Shown piece after piece: positions 1 to 15,559 of a stretch of DNA of 64,000 nucleotides. The stretch is from Paraphysomonas bandaiensis. Taxonomy: Eukaryota; Protista; Chrysophyceae. Made by a program: the position numbers and the translations under genes. Numbering within the stretch: position 1 is the first letter of the stretch; each line of letters opens with the position of its first letter. Location of the stretch: assembly GCA_965644295.1 (NCBI GenBank), contig CBFFRP010000253.1, forward strand, positions 1-64,000, in the 5' to 3' direction. A model generated the notes under the pieces. The model worked only from the letters and a program-made list of their open reading frames with translations. It was not told the origin of the DNA and did no database searches.

Positions 1-1882
1 CACTTGTCTTCGTTCAGTTACGTATTGCTAGTGGTATGTCTCAGTGTTTGTGGGGCTCTCGGGTTGCTGTGTGCTATCGTGTCAATGTCAATGTCTCTCT
101 CGTCCATGAGGGGACATAGAGGGGACATATCTCAACAGCACTATCAGAAAGGTAACCATCAGATACACATATAGATGTATATGCATACAGATATATGTAT
201 AGATGTTATACGCGTATGTGTTACATGTGTGTGTGTGTGTGTCTGCAGGCTCGTTAGTGTATGTATTTTTCTATGCCCATATATGTTAGTGTGTATGTAT
301 ATGTCTGTATATGTGTCTCTGTATTGCTTATTCGTTATACATCTGGTACTTATCAGTGTTTGTGCTTTAGGTGGGAGTGGACGTCCCCTGAAGGCAGTGT
401 CACAACCTCCTTCTAAACCTTCTAATAGCTTTCCAAAAGGTTCATTTTTTGCAATGTATGTTGTCTAGTATTTGTTAATGTATGTCATAGTCCGTCCCCC
501 TACATATACGCCTGTCGAGCGCCCCCCTCCGTCGTGGAATTTAACGACGCCCTTTCCCTGGCTCCCCTCTTCTCTGGAAGAGCTGCGGCACGAATATACA
601 GAACAGGAGTGGTGCGCCATGCACACCGCAATATCATCTCGGCATAAGGTTGGTGTTGGGCGACTGTGTTCGAACAAACTGTTCCGTAGCGCTCGGCTAA
701 GTCGCGAAAGTCGCAGCGTGGAGTACAAGCAGCTTGACCAAGCCCTCAAGCTATACCCTAGATGCGAAATACCTGCTGGAATCCCTCGTCGCAAGGAACG
801 AGAATGTGTGTCTCGCAGCACGTTAGATCGACGGGGCATGAGACATACATGGGCAGGGCTGCCCGTAAACTCGTCCGATACGGCTTTAGACTTACTTTAT
901 TACCTTCTGGGTCGAGCTGGCGAAGGGGCTGTTGTCAACTTAGTGTTTCTAGGAGATTCTGTGTCTCAGCAGTTAGGACGTTTTTTTCTCTGCGATCTCA
1001 TTCGGTCAGGAGTCTTTCCTACGCAGTCAGACAGTGCAGTGGCGAAGAGTACTCTAACTGAATTTGTACTTCCCCCGGCGGCACCTTCCTCCTCCCCCTC
1101 TGTTCTGCGGGTGCACTGTCATCAGTTTAATCTGCCTTGCATTTACCCAAACTCTCATAACTCTGAAAGTGGTTGTGAATCAGAACAGGAGAGTCTCGCC
1201 CAAGTGCAAGAGTTCGTCTCTGGACTACTTGCAAACTATTCCTCGTCTTCCCTGGCACAGTTACCTCTCCTTCATCCTCAATCCGAGACAAGCACCCGGA
1301 ATCATCTGGGTCAGCAGCAACACACAGTGGCTGTTGTCAACTATGGGCTACATCTGAAGAGCAAACATGCTTCGTGGGCAGTGAGCGGCATGGCTCAGGC
1401 GCTGTTGAATGCGTCACGAGCACTAAGGGCCGACAATACATCACTGCTGTTCCGCGAGACCTCTGCACAATCATTCAGCTCTTCGCCAGGTAATTAGGAA
1501 CTTTCCATGTATAACTACATATGCTAACTGTATGGCGACAGACGGGTATTACCACATGGAGTTGGCGAACAAGGCATCTCCAAACGAATTCTGCTGTAAT
1601 CTCCCCCTCAAAGACCCTCATTATTCTAACTGGCGCAACGACCTTATGCAGCGGCAGTTGGCCGCATTAGACCCGCGTTGGGAAAGTGAGATCGGATGGG
1701 TGCCTTTTTTTAACGCATCCAGCGCCCTCTTTGACCTGCACGTAGAATATAGCCCAGACAGATATGTAGTGGATTGCACCCATTTCATATATACCCCTAC
1801 TGCATACAGTGTGCTTTGGTGGGAATTGAAGAGAGCTCTGGGTGAACTCACTAGCCGTCAGAAAACAATCATAGGCACCTAA
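1..1882 (+). CDS. SGNH-fold PC-esterase / trichome-birefringence-like (TBL) protein, putative glycan O-acyltransferase or esterase; start lies upstream of the window
   Basis: Phase-consistent exons 1-151, 371-439, 491-1489 and 1542-1882 with GT-AG introns. N-terminal hydrophobic anchor (YVLLVVCLSVCGALGLLCAIV), GDS motif (VFLGDSVSQQ), VVNYGLH and C-terminal DxxH (VDCTHF). Confidence 0.7.
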
Positions 1883-2515
1883 GCTGCCATTTCAATAAAA
1901 TGTAAATGGCTGTAGTCGTAGAAACAAATGTATGTAGTATGTATAGTGCATGTTTCTTTCATGATCGTTTAGGAACGACTGCGTATGTAATAATTTGAAT
2001 TTTGCTCGAAGCATAGTAGTATAAGGATATCAGGAGCTATTGGATTTTTTTCACGTAGTCGCTGCCGTTACATTTCATACGTAGACCCATGCTGTAACTG
2101 CAACGAAAAAGCGGTACCGATGATATAAATATGATTAATTACAATCATATTCGTAGTCCCGAGCTAGAAAACAATGTATGACAGTGTATGTTGTACATTG
2201 TATTGATATTGTAGTAGCCAGCTATCTTGGTTATTCCAATTTGCAATCACTCTTGTGTATGCTTGTGCAGCACCTACGCTTGAAATGTATTTAAAGATCT
2301 AGAGGACCTTAGTATGGCAAGATGTATTGTCCCTAATAACGAGTATGCCACAGCAGTCTCTATTCCCTATTTATCATTATTACTATGATTATAATGAGAT
2401 CTTCCTTCCCGATATATCATAGCATCATTACATGCATCTAGTGTCGGAGTGTTACCCCCGTTCATAAAACTGTAACACACATGAAGTACATCACAATACA
2501 GTGATATTATGTTTC

Positions 2516-2820
2516 TTATGACTCTGTCGGTGTACTGTACGCCTCACTGAACTCAACTGTTATGTTGCAAGCAGCCGCCCACTCAACCACAGCCTTCTTC
2601 AGCTCATCCGCATCAGTATACATTGTGCACTCTATATGTACAGACTTATCGTAAAACTCTATATTGCCGACACCTACACGTATGATGAGCTATGCAGAAT
2701 TTACGTGGAATGTTCCTGCTAACCTCGGAATCTTCCAATAATGTTCCTGAGGTTATCCAGACACTGATCATCAGCTCTGTCGACATTGATTATAATAAGC
2801 CTGGGTTCCTCGTATTGCAT
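2516..2820 (-). CDS. Small HMA/ATX1-like fold protein (about 84 aa) with a degenerate metal-binding loop
   Basis: Two exons (2820-2724 and 2673-2516) and a 50-nt GT-AG intron give MQYEEPRLIIINVDRADDQCLDNLRNIIGRFRGVGNIEFYDKSVHIECTMYTDADELKKAVVEWAAACNITVEFSEAYSTPTES*. Size and the LKKAVVEWAAACNITVEF ending resemble ATX1-type copper chaperones. Confidence 0.5.
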
Positions 2821-2991
2821 AGTGCTAATATGATAGAAGGACTGAAGGTTGAGACATAATGGAGCTCTACTAGAATAGGCTGGGAGTGTATGTGATACAC
2901 TAGACGATAGAAAGATACACCCACATACGCATACCACAGTCGTACTGATGGAACGCAGAAATACAGCTGTATAATGAGGGTATATACGGTG

Positions 2992-5026
<2,035 letters not shown>

Positions 5027-5178
5027 GGTTCATGTGGTTAAGGTATTGTGTTTTGGGGTATTGAGTGATGTATAGAATTTCACATCTCTATGCATAGATC
5101 TCTCCATATTATCATATAATTCCACTCTAGTTGATATTCTTCATCTACTTCAAGCCATCAGGTCGCTTCATATCGCTA

Positions 5179-8100
5179 ATGGAGTCGGAGTTATTAAATA
5201 ACTTCAATGTATTGAATCCCACGCTGTCTGTTCGTTTATCAGCACTGGAGGTCATCGTATTCTCTCATATGATGTTTGAATAATATGTTTTTGTATTGAT
5301 TAGAATGTTCGAGAAATTTCTATGGAGAAAGAAGGTGTGATTAGACGGATATGTCGTGATGTTATATATAGTCTAGTGGCCATACATTACACGGAGAAGA
5401 GATGGACACGTGCGTGCATTGATTTCATCGCTTATGCGGTCAATCTACCATTGTCATTTGACTGTATGGCTTTTTGTTTGGAGGTGTTGAATAATAGATT
5501 GACTCGTGTGTCTCGCGGGGAGCAGTTATGTGTGATTATAGAGATTACAGTGGCTATGTTACAAGCCCGTGCCGACTCTTGTGCACCTGCCTCACCCATT
5601 GAGTCGGAAACATGTGCACCTGCTGTGGTATTGGTGGGTAAAGCAATGGACAAGTTGGCTACAGCTTCTAAGGAACGGAAGAATTATGTTTCACGTGGAG
5701 CAAGAGCTGCGTGTGCTCTACTCGTAAGGTGAGTTTTCATACTGCGCCACCCTATCATAAATGATATACTTCTTCGAACAGACATCCAGCCTATATTCCT
5801 GTATGTGTGGATGTGTGGTCGGCTTCATCACCCACACACTCCATATCTGCGCTGTCTTTGGTGCTTTCCAATCCCATCCTGTCTCGCCATTTGTCTGCTG
5901 CCCCCTTAATGCATCAGGCCTTGCAGAAGCTCCTCACCGCCCCTAAGCCTCCTGCTCCTGGTCTACTAGACTGCCTATCAACTTTTGTACAATCTCTTTC
6001 TCAACAGGAGTGGACAGAAACCTACTCTCCTATCCTTTCGAAACTCATCAAGAAGTCTCCTGAAAACAGTGCCCAAATGGTTGCAACACTCTGTTCAGCT
6101 GTGCAGGTCGATTTGACTCAGCTGACTTCTGAAACCTTGTGTACAACTGCTCCGAGAATGCTTAAGTCTGCCAACTATATCACCCGTGAGGCTGCATGTG
6201 TGATTGTAAAAGAGGTGGCGAATAAGTGTGCCGACCCTGCAGCTTTCTGCTCGCTGCTCACGGCACTTCTGGAATCCTTGCAAGGCAAGACACCAGGGGC
6301 AACACTGACCCAGACATACCAGAAAGCCGCTACTGTAGACGCTATACGTAGTTGCTTTAGGTCTATAAAAAAGTTCCAGGGCCAGAGGACAGAAGAAGTT
6401 TCCCAGGCCACCGAGACAGCGATGATCGTCCTCCTGGGTTGTTTTGAGAAAGAGCCTGATGAAGACATCAGATGCTCTGAGGCGCTAACAGCAACTCAAT
6501 GTCTGCTAACAAGACAGACCATCTCTACTAAAATTATTTCTGCAATTTCTCAAGGACTCACGAAAAAGAAGATTGGAACAAGTGTGTCTCCTTTGTTGTT
6601 AATGTTGCACGCTCTTTTCCAGCGTCCAGTTAGCGGTAACATTGATGAGTACTGTAGTGCCCTAGTCTCGTCCATTGAGATAGTCTCCTCCCTGGCGAGT
6701 ACCATCAAAGATGCCATAAAGAAACCACAGGTTCACCACATTGCAACTTCTTATACATTGTTGTACTCACTGCCTCTCAATATATGTGCAGGTGGCTAGC
6801 CCTGATGCTGTTCTTGCTTTGCATATCCTGCTCGAGCTAAAGGCACAAGTTGGTCTGCCCGATGACACGCTGGATTGGAGCAAGATTCCATCGTTGTCTA
6901 CTTCTGAGTCTTTTCTCTCTTGTCCAGCTTTACAGAACTTTCTCTTTTCTTCGTATTCAGCTGCTTCGTCCAGAGAGACGTATGGTGTAAGAAGAATGTG
7001 TGGCGAGGTTGTTATTGCTCTATCCGCAGTGGTAACAATGACTCAACGAGACATGTGTGCCAGTGCTCATCCTGGTGTGAAACCCTTGACTGCTGGGATA
7101 ATGGGATTCTGTATCCTTTTTCCAGGCAGAGATACAGCATCTGGAGTAAATTACTGGGTGGGAGAGATGCTCAACAGTGCCCCGGGGGCCTCTACTTGCA
7201 TGCTGGAGTGGCTGTACGCATCACTTCATGCGGCTACTGTTGACAAAGAAGATAATGAGCTACAGACCCGCAGAAGTTTGAAGGGACCAGAGGGTTCCTC
7301 TAACACTGGTCGGCCTTCTGATCGGATGCACCTCGCTTACCTTCCTCCCTCCCGACTTAGAGCCGCGGTGCACGTATGTCTGCCTCGGACTGTGCACTCT
7401 CCAACATGTTCTGCATCCGTTTTTTCACGAATCTTGGTCCTCAGTGCCCATCCCAATATCAGCAATTCATTCTCCCAATCCATCAGCATGTTTAGAAATA
7501 TATCTCAACGATTCGACTTCAGCCTAGATTCTGCTCTATCAGACCATTTGTACGCTGATGAACTCTCTGTCTTTCTTCAGGAAGCAGCCCTCAACTCGGC
7601 CTCCCAGTCCACTCGCAAAGCCGGGAGCGGAGCCCTCGCCCTCCTACACAATACTGATCTAAAGTCAGCGCACGCAATTGTTCTATCTACAGTGTCAAGA
7701 ATAGTTGGCACACTTGGCGATAACGATATAAGCACTCTGTCTGACGAGGAGGTGGAAGTATACCAGAACCCACAGTATCTCATAGACAAGGCCATTACCG
7801 TAGTGAACGCGGAGGACATAAAGATCACCAATGCAGATAGAAAAAAGAGCTCCGCTCGCGGAACACGCAGAGGTATGTTCGGGTCAGACTTCACTGAAGA
7901 TGAGGACTGGGCGGAACAAGTACGCCGAGAGAAGGCAAGAAAGCTTATGGAGACCAAGGGAGAGAACTCCCCTGAAGTAGAGGAGGCAAGGTCTCGTACT
8001 GCTGATATCCTTTCTCGTGTACAAGCGACGCTTAGTTCTAGCCTCCATGCCCTCAGTTGTCTCTCTCACATGGCAGAGTTGTGCTCTGCTGCTGTAGCAG

Positions 8101-11100
8101 ACGTATGTCATATGATTATACAGCCGCTCTTGACTTTGGTGCGATCCAAGCTCGTCGGACAGGAAGCCACCCTCTGCCTTGAAGTCCTCGTTATGAACCT
8201 CGTTGACAAATCTCTGGCTCACTGCAAGAGGTACTAGCACCTTGTGGATCAATATATATGTACCACAATATGATAACACTTGTGTGAAGGGATATCGTAA
8301 ATGCGTTGCGACTTGTGGCTCTCATACTGCAAGAGCCAGTAAGCAAGCAAATGCCGGAAGAACATATATATGCACGGGCAGTGGAGGTTGCCCCTGCCTT
8401 TTCGGGAGTAGTACGGGAGCTTCATGTTCTTGCGGCCCGCTCCATTACTCCTACTCCCGCCTGCTTTCATATGATTTTTCCACTGCTGAAAGGCGTCCTG
8501 TCTCTGCGTGCTCTTATACCCGGCTGTGAACAGGCCTTTATGGTTCTGGAAAGGTATGTGTATGACATAACACTATGGCGCACTCATTGATATGGGTGTA
8601 TAGGTTCTGGTCTGCTATGGACATGGACGCCTCAAGTTCAGCACGTCCCCTGCTGCGCCCCCTCTTGGAGACGTGCCTGACAGCGATGGCTAGGTACCGT
8701 GTGACCCCTGCACCCGAAAAAGTGCTCTTGCGAATGGTATCGGCGGTCCCTCTGAGCCCCATGGAGTGGTCTCCGATGCTTGGTGCTCATGGACTTCTTC
8801 ATCATGAAGTCCATGTGCGGCTTGCATGTCTGCGTGCTCTTCATCATGCTGTAGAATGTGGCATGTCTGAATCTATGAATCGGAACCCGCTCCTGGTTTC
8901 AAGAGTGTGGCTTGTGTGTTATGACTTAGAAGAAGAGGTGCGGACTCTTGCCGTTGAAGTGTGGCAAAAGAGCGGTATGGTGCAAAGGGAGGCCTTCATG
9001 ACCTCGCTTGTACCCTTGTTTTCGCATGAGGCAACACATGTGGCAATGTCAGCGGCCCGTGCTGTTGCGGGAGGCATGACTCTATACCCACATCTTTGCA
9101 GGGAGTGCGTGGAAACTCTGTGTACGATATTCACAGAAGCGATGCCTGTGAAAGAAGCACCCCCGCGCGCCATTGCCCCAACGGGATCTGGTGCTGTTGC
9201 ATCTCTGATGATGCGGGCACCTGTAAAGAAGACTGAGGATGTAACTTTCCCTTGTAGAGTGGCCGTGGCTGCTAGCTTTGAGGAGATTGGGAACACCATG
9301 GCACTCGTTAAGGCTCATGACACGGAGGAGTTGGTACAAGGTAACAGAAGATTGGTTGAGCTGTGTTTTTATTATTGATGTGTATTTGTAGATGTCATTA
9401 CGTTCGTATTGAGTGAAGGTGTGACGGATGAACACCCTTCTGTGCGTGAACGTATGCTTGCTGCTGGGCGTGCAGTAATCGATACGTATGGTGTGGATTA
9501 CTGTGATGGTATTATCGCGACGCTCGAACATACTTTGCGGCAGGAACAACAAGAAGGAGAGGAGGCCGCAAGGTTTGACCATCGGCATGAGGCAGCTGTC
9601 ATCTTGCTTGGAGCAGCGGGAAAGCATCTGAAGAGCGATGATCCTAGTATGATGGGTATTTTAGAATCACTGGTAGTTGCTCTCAACACTCCGGTTGGAA
9701 GTATTCAGCGGGCAGTGGCGGACTGCCTTGTACCACTAGTACAGGGGCTTAAGAGTGATGAACGAGTGAAAACTATGCTTGAAAGTATCATTAACCAAAC
9801 GCTCAATGCAGAGACGTATGGTGAGAGGAGGGGAGCAGCCTATGGACTGAGTGCATTTGTGAAGGGCATGGGTATTCCCAGTATAAAGAATCACGACATC
9901 GTGAATAGACTGAAAGATGCCTGTTCTTCGGGTTCAATCAACAATAGACAAGGTGCCCTTTTCGCATTTGAGTTGCTCTCAGAAAGACTGGGCATGCTCT
10001 TTGAACCCTATGTTATTACGATCGTTCCGATACTGCTTAAGTGTTTCAGTCACTCCTCTGATCACGTGAGAGAAGCCTCACAAATGGCGGCTAAAGTTAT
10101 AATGGCTAAACTCAGTGCACATGGTTTGTATTCATACTTGTTCGCGTACGTGATACTCATATTTCTGTCAGGTGTGAAACAGGTTTTGACACCGATACTC
10201 TCTTCTTTGCCAACAGAAACGGCCTGGAAATCTAAACAAGAGGCACTGCGATTACTTGGTACGATGGCCTTCTGTGCTCCTAGACAACTGTCCACGAGTC
10301 TACCGCAGATCATTCCACGGCTGGTGGAGGCTGGATCTGATCCCCACCCAAAGGTTAAAGATGCTGCAAAGAAAGCTCTCACCGACATTACGTCAGTTAT
10401 ACGCAACCCAGAAGTCTCGTCTTTGAGCGGTGTACTTATCGGGGCCCTCACGGACCCATCGAACAAGACGAAATCTGCACTGGAGGCTCTGTTGGAGTGC
10501 GAGTTTATGCATTCGATTGATGCCCCCTCGCTCGCGATCCTAGTGCCTATCTTAGCTCGAGCCTTACGTGACAGAGGTGGTGATCTTAAGAGGAAATCTG
10601 CTGTTATTATTGGAAATATGTGCAGCATGATCAATGACCCGAAGATCATAGTCCCATATTTGCCACAGGTATGTCAAACACTGTTGAAGTAAAACGAAAA
10701 TTACTCATGCAACTGTATTCAGGTGGTGCCAGGACTACAAAGTGTTCTTATGGACCCCATTCCTGATGTACGTGCGACTAGTGCGAAAGCACTTGGTAGT
10801 CTAATGGCAGGTGTCGGTGAACAAGAGCTGAGTGATCTGATCCCTTGGTTGATGTGTGCCCTGAAAGATGACACCTCACCTGTCGAACGAAGTGGAGCAG
10901 CTCAAGGTCTGGCTGAGGTGCGCTACCTTGTCTATTATAGTGTTCACACGCTTACCATTAGCAGATGTGTCTATCCTTGGAAGAAAATAGAGTAGATGAA
11001 ATCGTCCAGGATGCACTGAATCTACAGAGAAGTCCCAAGGCGTCTGCTCGCGAGGGCCTTCTCTGGCTACTCACTTTCCTTCCATCCGTGGTTGGCGAAA

Positions 11101-14100
11101 TATTTGCCGTCTACATTGGTCATACACTTCCAGTCGTTCTAGCGGGGTTGAGTGATGACTCGGAAGGGGTACGCGAGGTTGCGCTCAGGGCTGGACAGGT
11201 ACAAATAATCGAGAATTTCTTATGCGGTTTTCTGATACGTATATTTCTAATAGGTGTTCGTGCATGCTCACGGCAGAAACCACACCCATGACGTGGTAAA
11301 TCCTTTACTTTCCGGCATGTTTGATGACGACTGGCGTATCAGAGAGAGTTCCGTCACTCTCTTAGGTGAGTGAATAACAGTGTTTTGTTCACAAGATTTA
11401 CCATATTTGTTAATATAGGTGAACTCCTCTATCTGATTGGAGAGACTAAGGCGGTCGGACTCACGGACAATGAGAACGACGACGAGGATGGCAATGCTGG
11501 TGGCCTGGGGTCATCAAGTCGCGTCGTCACCACTATCCGCGCCCACGTTGGCGAGGAGTTGGCAGACACAATTTTAGCATCGCTATATATGGTGCGCTCT
11601 GATGGATCCGTTACAGTCCGGCAAGGGGCACTTCAAGTATGGAAATCCGTTGTCTCTAATACGCCGCGCACTCTCAGAGAGGTCATGCCGTCACTAGTAG
11701 AACTTCTCATTCGGAAGCTATCGTCACAGTCTGATGATCATAGAACAGTCGCAGGTCGGTGTCTTGGAGATCTCGTCAGAAAGCTGGGTGACCATGTGCT
11801 TCCATTGGTTGTCCCATATCTACAGAGAGGTCTTGGAAGCAGTGATGATGAGCTTCGACAGGGTGTGTGTCTGGGGCTTTCTGAGATATTGCGCGCAGCT
11901 ACTCAAAAGCAGGTGGAAACGTACGTTGACACTCTAGTACCTGCCTTGCAGCAAGCTCTATGCGACGACTCGGATCATGTGCGGACACTGGCCGCTCAGG
12001 CTTTCCACGCTCTTATGAAAGCAATTGGTGAGCGCGCTACCGCCAGCGTGGTTCCTTCGCTTCTTGCCCGTGTGAAAGACGAATACGACCCTATGCGACC
12101 AGAGGAGATTGGGTCTGCACTCAGAGGTTTGCGAAGTATTGTTATGCATAAACCGCGAGATCTGCTCGAGTATCTCTTGCCGGTACTACTCTCCCATCCT
12201 ATTCACCCCCATTCTGCGGGAGCTCTAGGCGTCATCTGCGAGAGTGCAGGGGCCGCTCTTCATCACCATTTTTCTTTCCTTATTCCACAACTAGTGGACG
12301 AGCTCGTCGTGATGGATGAGAAGATTGCAGAAGTCAGTGATGATGACGCCAAGGCCACGTTTGAAGTGTTGCGCCATTCTGTGGGGGCGATTGTTGGTGC
12401 CACCTCCACCCAAGGAGTCAACTACTTAGTAGGAGAACTCGGCAAACAAATTGAGCATGAAACAGACTTTCGGCGCAGGAAATGGGGTTGCATCATCACC
12501 GCTGACTTCTTTCGCCGCTGCAAATCGGACTATGCCGAGTATGTTCCTGTACTGCTTAAGTACTTGCTCAGCCGGAGTGCAGATGCCGAGAAAGGTGTGT
12601 TGGAAGGGGTGCTAGAAGCTCTCAGAGCCTTAGCTGCAGCCGTCAGTGTGGACGAACTCTCCTCTCATATGGACTTCGTGAGGTCCTGCATATCTCTCAC
12701 TGCGAGTGATGCTAAACATCGCTCTGGTCGGGCGAATCTTATTGCACAGGACGGGACCGTCCTATTACCACTTTTCCGACTTCCCAAAGCCCTGGACCCA
12801 CTCTTACCGATCTTTATACATTGCCTCATGAACGGGTCCCCTGACAGCAGGGAATGTGCTGCGGATGGTATTGGTGAGCTGATGACAATGACTGAGACAG
12901 CCCTTCTGAAGCCCTACCTCATTAAGACCACTGGTCCCCTCATCCGTGTTGTTGGAGACAGGTATCCGAGCAATGTGAAGTATGCCATCTTACAGGTGAG
13001 GGTGCTACTTTGATATAGATATGTTCACATCAATATTGTCATGTAGACGCTCTGTATTCTTCTTCAAAAGGGAGGTGTCGGTCTCAAGGCTTTCGTCCCA
13101 CAACTTCAGACTACTTTCGTAAAATCTCTCAGTGACCCCGCGAAGCAGGTCCGCAGCAAGGGTGCTCATGCTCTTGGGATGCTTGTTCCAATGAGTACCC
13201 GGGTTGATCCTCTGCTCAATGAACTCTCTTCAAGTAGTCATCAGGCGGAGAGCAATGCTATTCGCGCGTCTATGTTGCAGGCTCTTGCTCAGGTAATACA
13301 TGCAGGAGGTGGGAAGGCCTCCGAAGGCGCACTTGTCAAGGTCTCTCAGACCGTGTTGCAATGTTTAGTGGCGGATGAAGAGCAGGTGCGACAGAGCGCC
13401 TCGGAGTGTGTATCTTCACTTGCGGTGGTGTTGACGGAGGATGGCGTATGCGATTTATTACAGGATATTGTTGACCTCGACTCGTCTTCAGGAGCTGTGT
13501 GGGCTCCAGCTGCAGGCAAAGTACTGGGATGTGCAGCCGTTTTGCGCTCTGGTGGATCCCGTACATCGCGCGCCAGAGGCCAAGCCTTTGATCTAGTGGA
13601 TGCTTCTCTTGCGGACGATAGAGTAGCTGTTAGAGTGGCAGCGTGCAGGTAAATCTAATATACCTGGAATCGTGCGTAGTTACTTATGAACTTTTTAGCT
13701 CCTTAGCAATGGCAGTGGCACCTCCTTCCCTTACTACAGGTTGCCCGGAGGCCACAAGCGAGCATAAGGACCTTAGCGCAGCGCTTATCACATCTTTTAC
13801 CCCAAAAGTACTGGCCTGTGTTCGGGGAGAAGCTCTGGAGGTTCGTAGAGCTGCAGTGACCACGCTGAAGGAGTTCGCGAAGCACCACCCGTCAGTTCTG
13901 CTTCCATTTTCTGCTCAAATAGGCTCAGAGCTCTACCCTTTTCTTTCGACGAACGAGATAAACATTCGGGTAAGTACTAAACGAGTTAATGTTCAAGTGT
14001 CATTCTAATCTACAACACAGCTAAAGAGGCATGCCGAGCGCACTATGAAATACATCATGGGCATATCTTATCACTCAAATCTGGACAGCGAACTCTTTCA

Positions 14101-14218
14101 GACAACGTTGGCTACTATACAGGCGGCAGGAAATGCTGAATTGGCTCGGTTCTTGAGAGATTACGCCAAGCGAATGCTCAATAAACTTGCAGATGAGAGT
14201 GATGATAACATGTGGTGA
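5179..14218 (+). CDS. GCN1: eIF2-alpha kinase activator GCN1 (large HEAT-repeat protein), multi-exon
   Basis: Conserved segments YGERRGAAYGL, FEPYVITIVPILLKCF, DPHPKVK, IRNPEV, HSIDAPSLAILVPILARAL, DPIPDVRATSAKALGSL, VERSGAAQGLAE, VWKSVVSNTPRTLRE and TGPLIRVVGDRY across consecutive ORFs joined by about 50-nt GT-AG introns. ATG at 5179, stop TGA at 14216-14218. Confidence 0.95.
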
Positions 14219-14599
14219 ATTATGAGTGACAGATACACCATATTATAGTTGTTGCCATTCTGATAATAAGAATAGTCATCAAACAAAATTAATGCCTATA
14301 GTTTGACGAAGCGTTGCAATATTCAGCGATATGATATGTCAAAGTGCAGTCTACTTTATAATGACTTTCTCTTGAGTGTGTATTGTGTGTTTCTGTATGT
14401 AGTATTATATCGTGACCTTCTTGTTCAGTCTTTACACTCCCAAGTGAGAGTGAAGAAAAACTCCCCTTCATACCAACCAAAAAATTCCCTCCCTTTCACA
14501 GAGCCTTCATCACCGCCACAATCCAGTGGCCGAGGCACATTTGCGGCAACAACGAAAGAAATTGAGGAAATAGCGGAACAAGAGTACGGAAGCTTCAGG

Positions 14600-14870
14600 A
14601 CGAGGATGGGAAAATCCAGGAAAGTCCCCAAAGATAAACGCTCTTAATCTTCTTCAGTTTTAGTGTGTTCTGGAAGTGCAACATATGGTTTCCAACCTGT
14701 TGTTCCACAACCTAACACCTGATGGGAACTCCATTCCTCTGGGACAAGGAAACTATTGGGATTTAGTCTCAAATTATGCGCCACCCCTAAAAAGACCCAG
14801 CCCCTGAACTTCTGAAGTCTGAGATCCAGAGCATTCAACAACTACCTTTCATCCCAGCAACCCGAACGTC
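14600..14870 (+). mobile_element. Possible decayed Penelope-like / non-LTR reverse transcriptase N-terminal fragment
   Basis: A frameshifted reading, HNLTPDGNSIP / SGTRKLLGFSLKLCATP, resembles the LLGLGLKFCPTP-type motif upstream of Penelope-like RTs. Many stops. Confidence 0.3.
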
Positions 14871-15559
14871 ATTTACTGAGGCAGGTAATGCACGCCCCGG
14901 GACTCAAATTAGTCTGCGTTACAGTGAAACAACAGCATGTATGATAGATGATAGCAGTTACAAGGAATTTTTTCGTATACAGCTGGCACATGACCAAGCG
15001 GCCCGACTTGAGAGTGCGCACAAGATGATTTAGCTATCGGTCAGGAGTACTCTCATAATAATATTATTTTATAACTTGTTACTACCAAGCAAAACTTTTA
15101 ATGACATGTCAAAATAGTTCCTATAAACATTTTTATTGATGCTTGTGGATCCAGGAGAATTGCTATGCTATATTCATATGAAAACCTTGTCAAATCCATT
15201 TCCCAGGTTTCATGCCCAGGCGGCTTGTAGAAGGAGATGGTAATACCGCAATAAGATCAGATTAGAAGTTGTAACTGGACCGACAAACTGAGGGTTTAGC
15301 TGATGAGGAGAACACAAATCATCTGGGACTAGAAAAAAGGTGTTCAAAACTAATATAAAGAACTTGGCTAAACGGTTGGAGGGGAAAGTAACTCGATATT
15401 TAAAGTAGTTCTGTTTGTAGTGGGCTCACACAAAATGGTTGATTAATCCTTCAGAGAGAAGGAATGCTTGCTGATAATGATACTGAGATAGAAATATCAG
15501 CAAGTGACTTCTTGATATACACTATTATCTAGATCGTAAGTGCACAGTAGCTGGTTAGT

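Noticed and set aside
10124-10171. Apparent hydrophobic insertion in GCN1 (LYSYLFAYVILIFLSG); a similar one occurs in NIPBL near 35088-35141
   Set aside because: A 48-nt, stop-free, in-frame GT-AG intron; removing it restores the conserved HGVKQVL.
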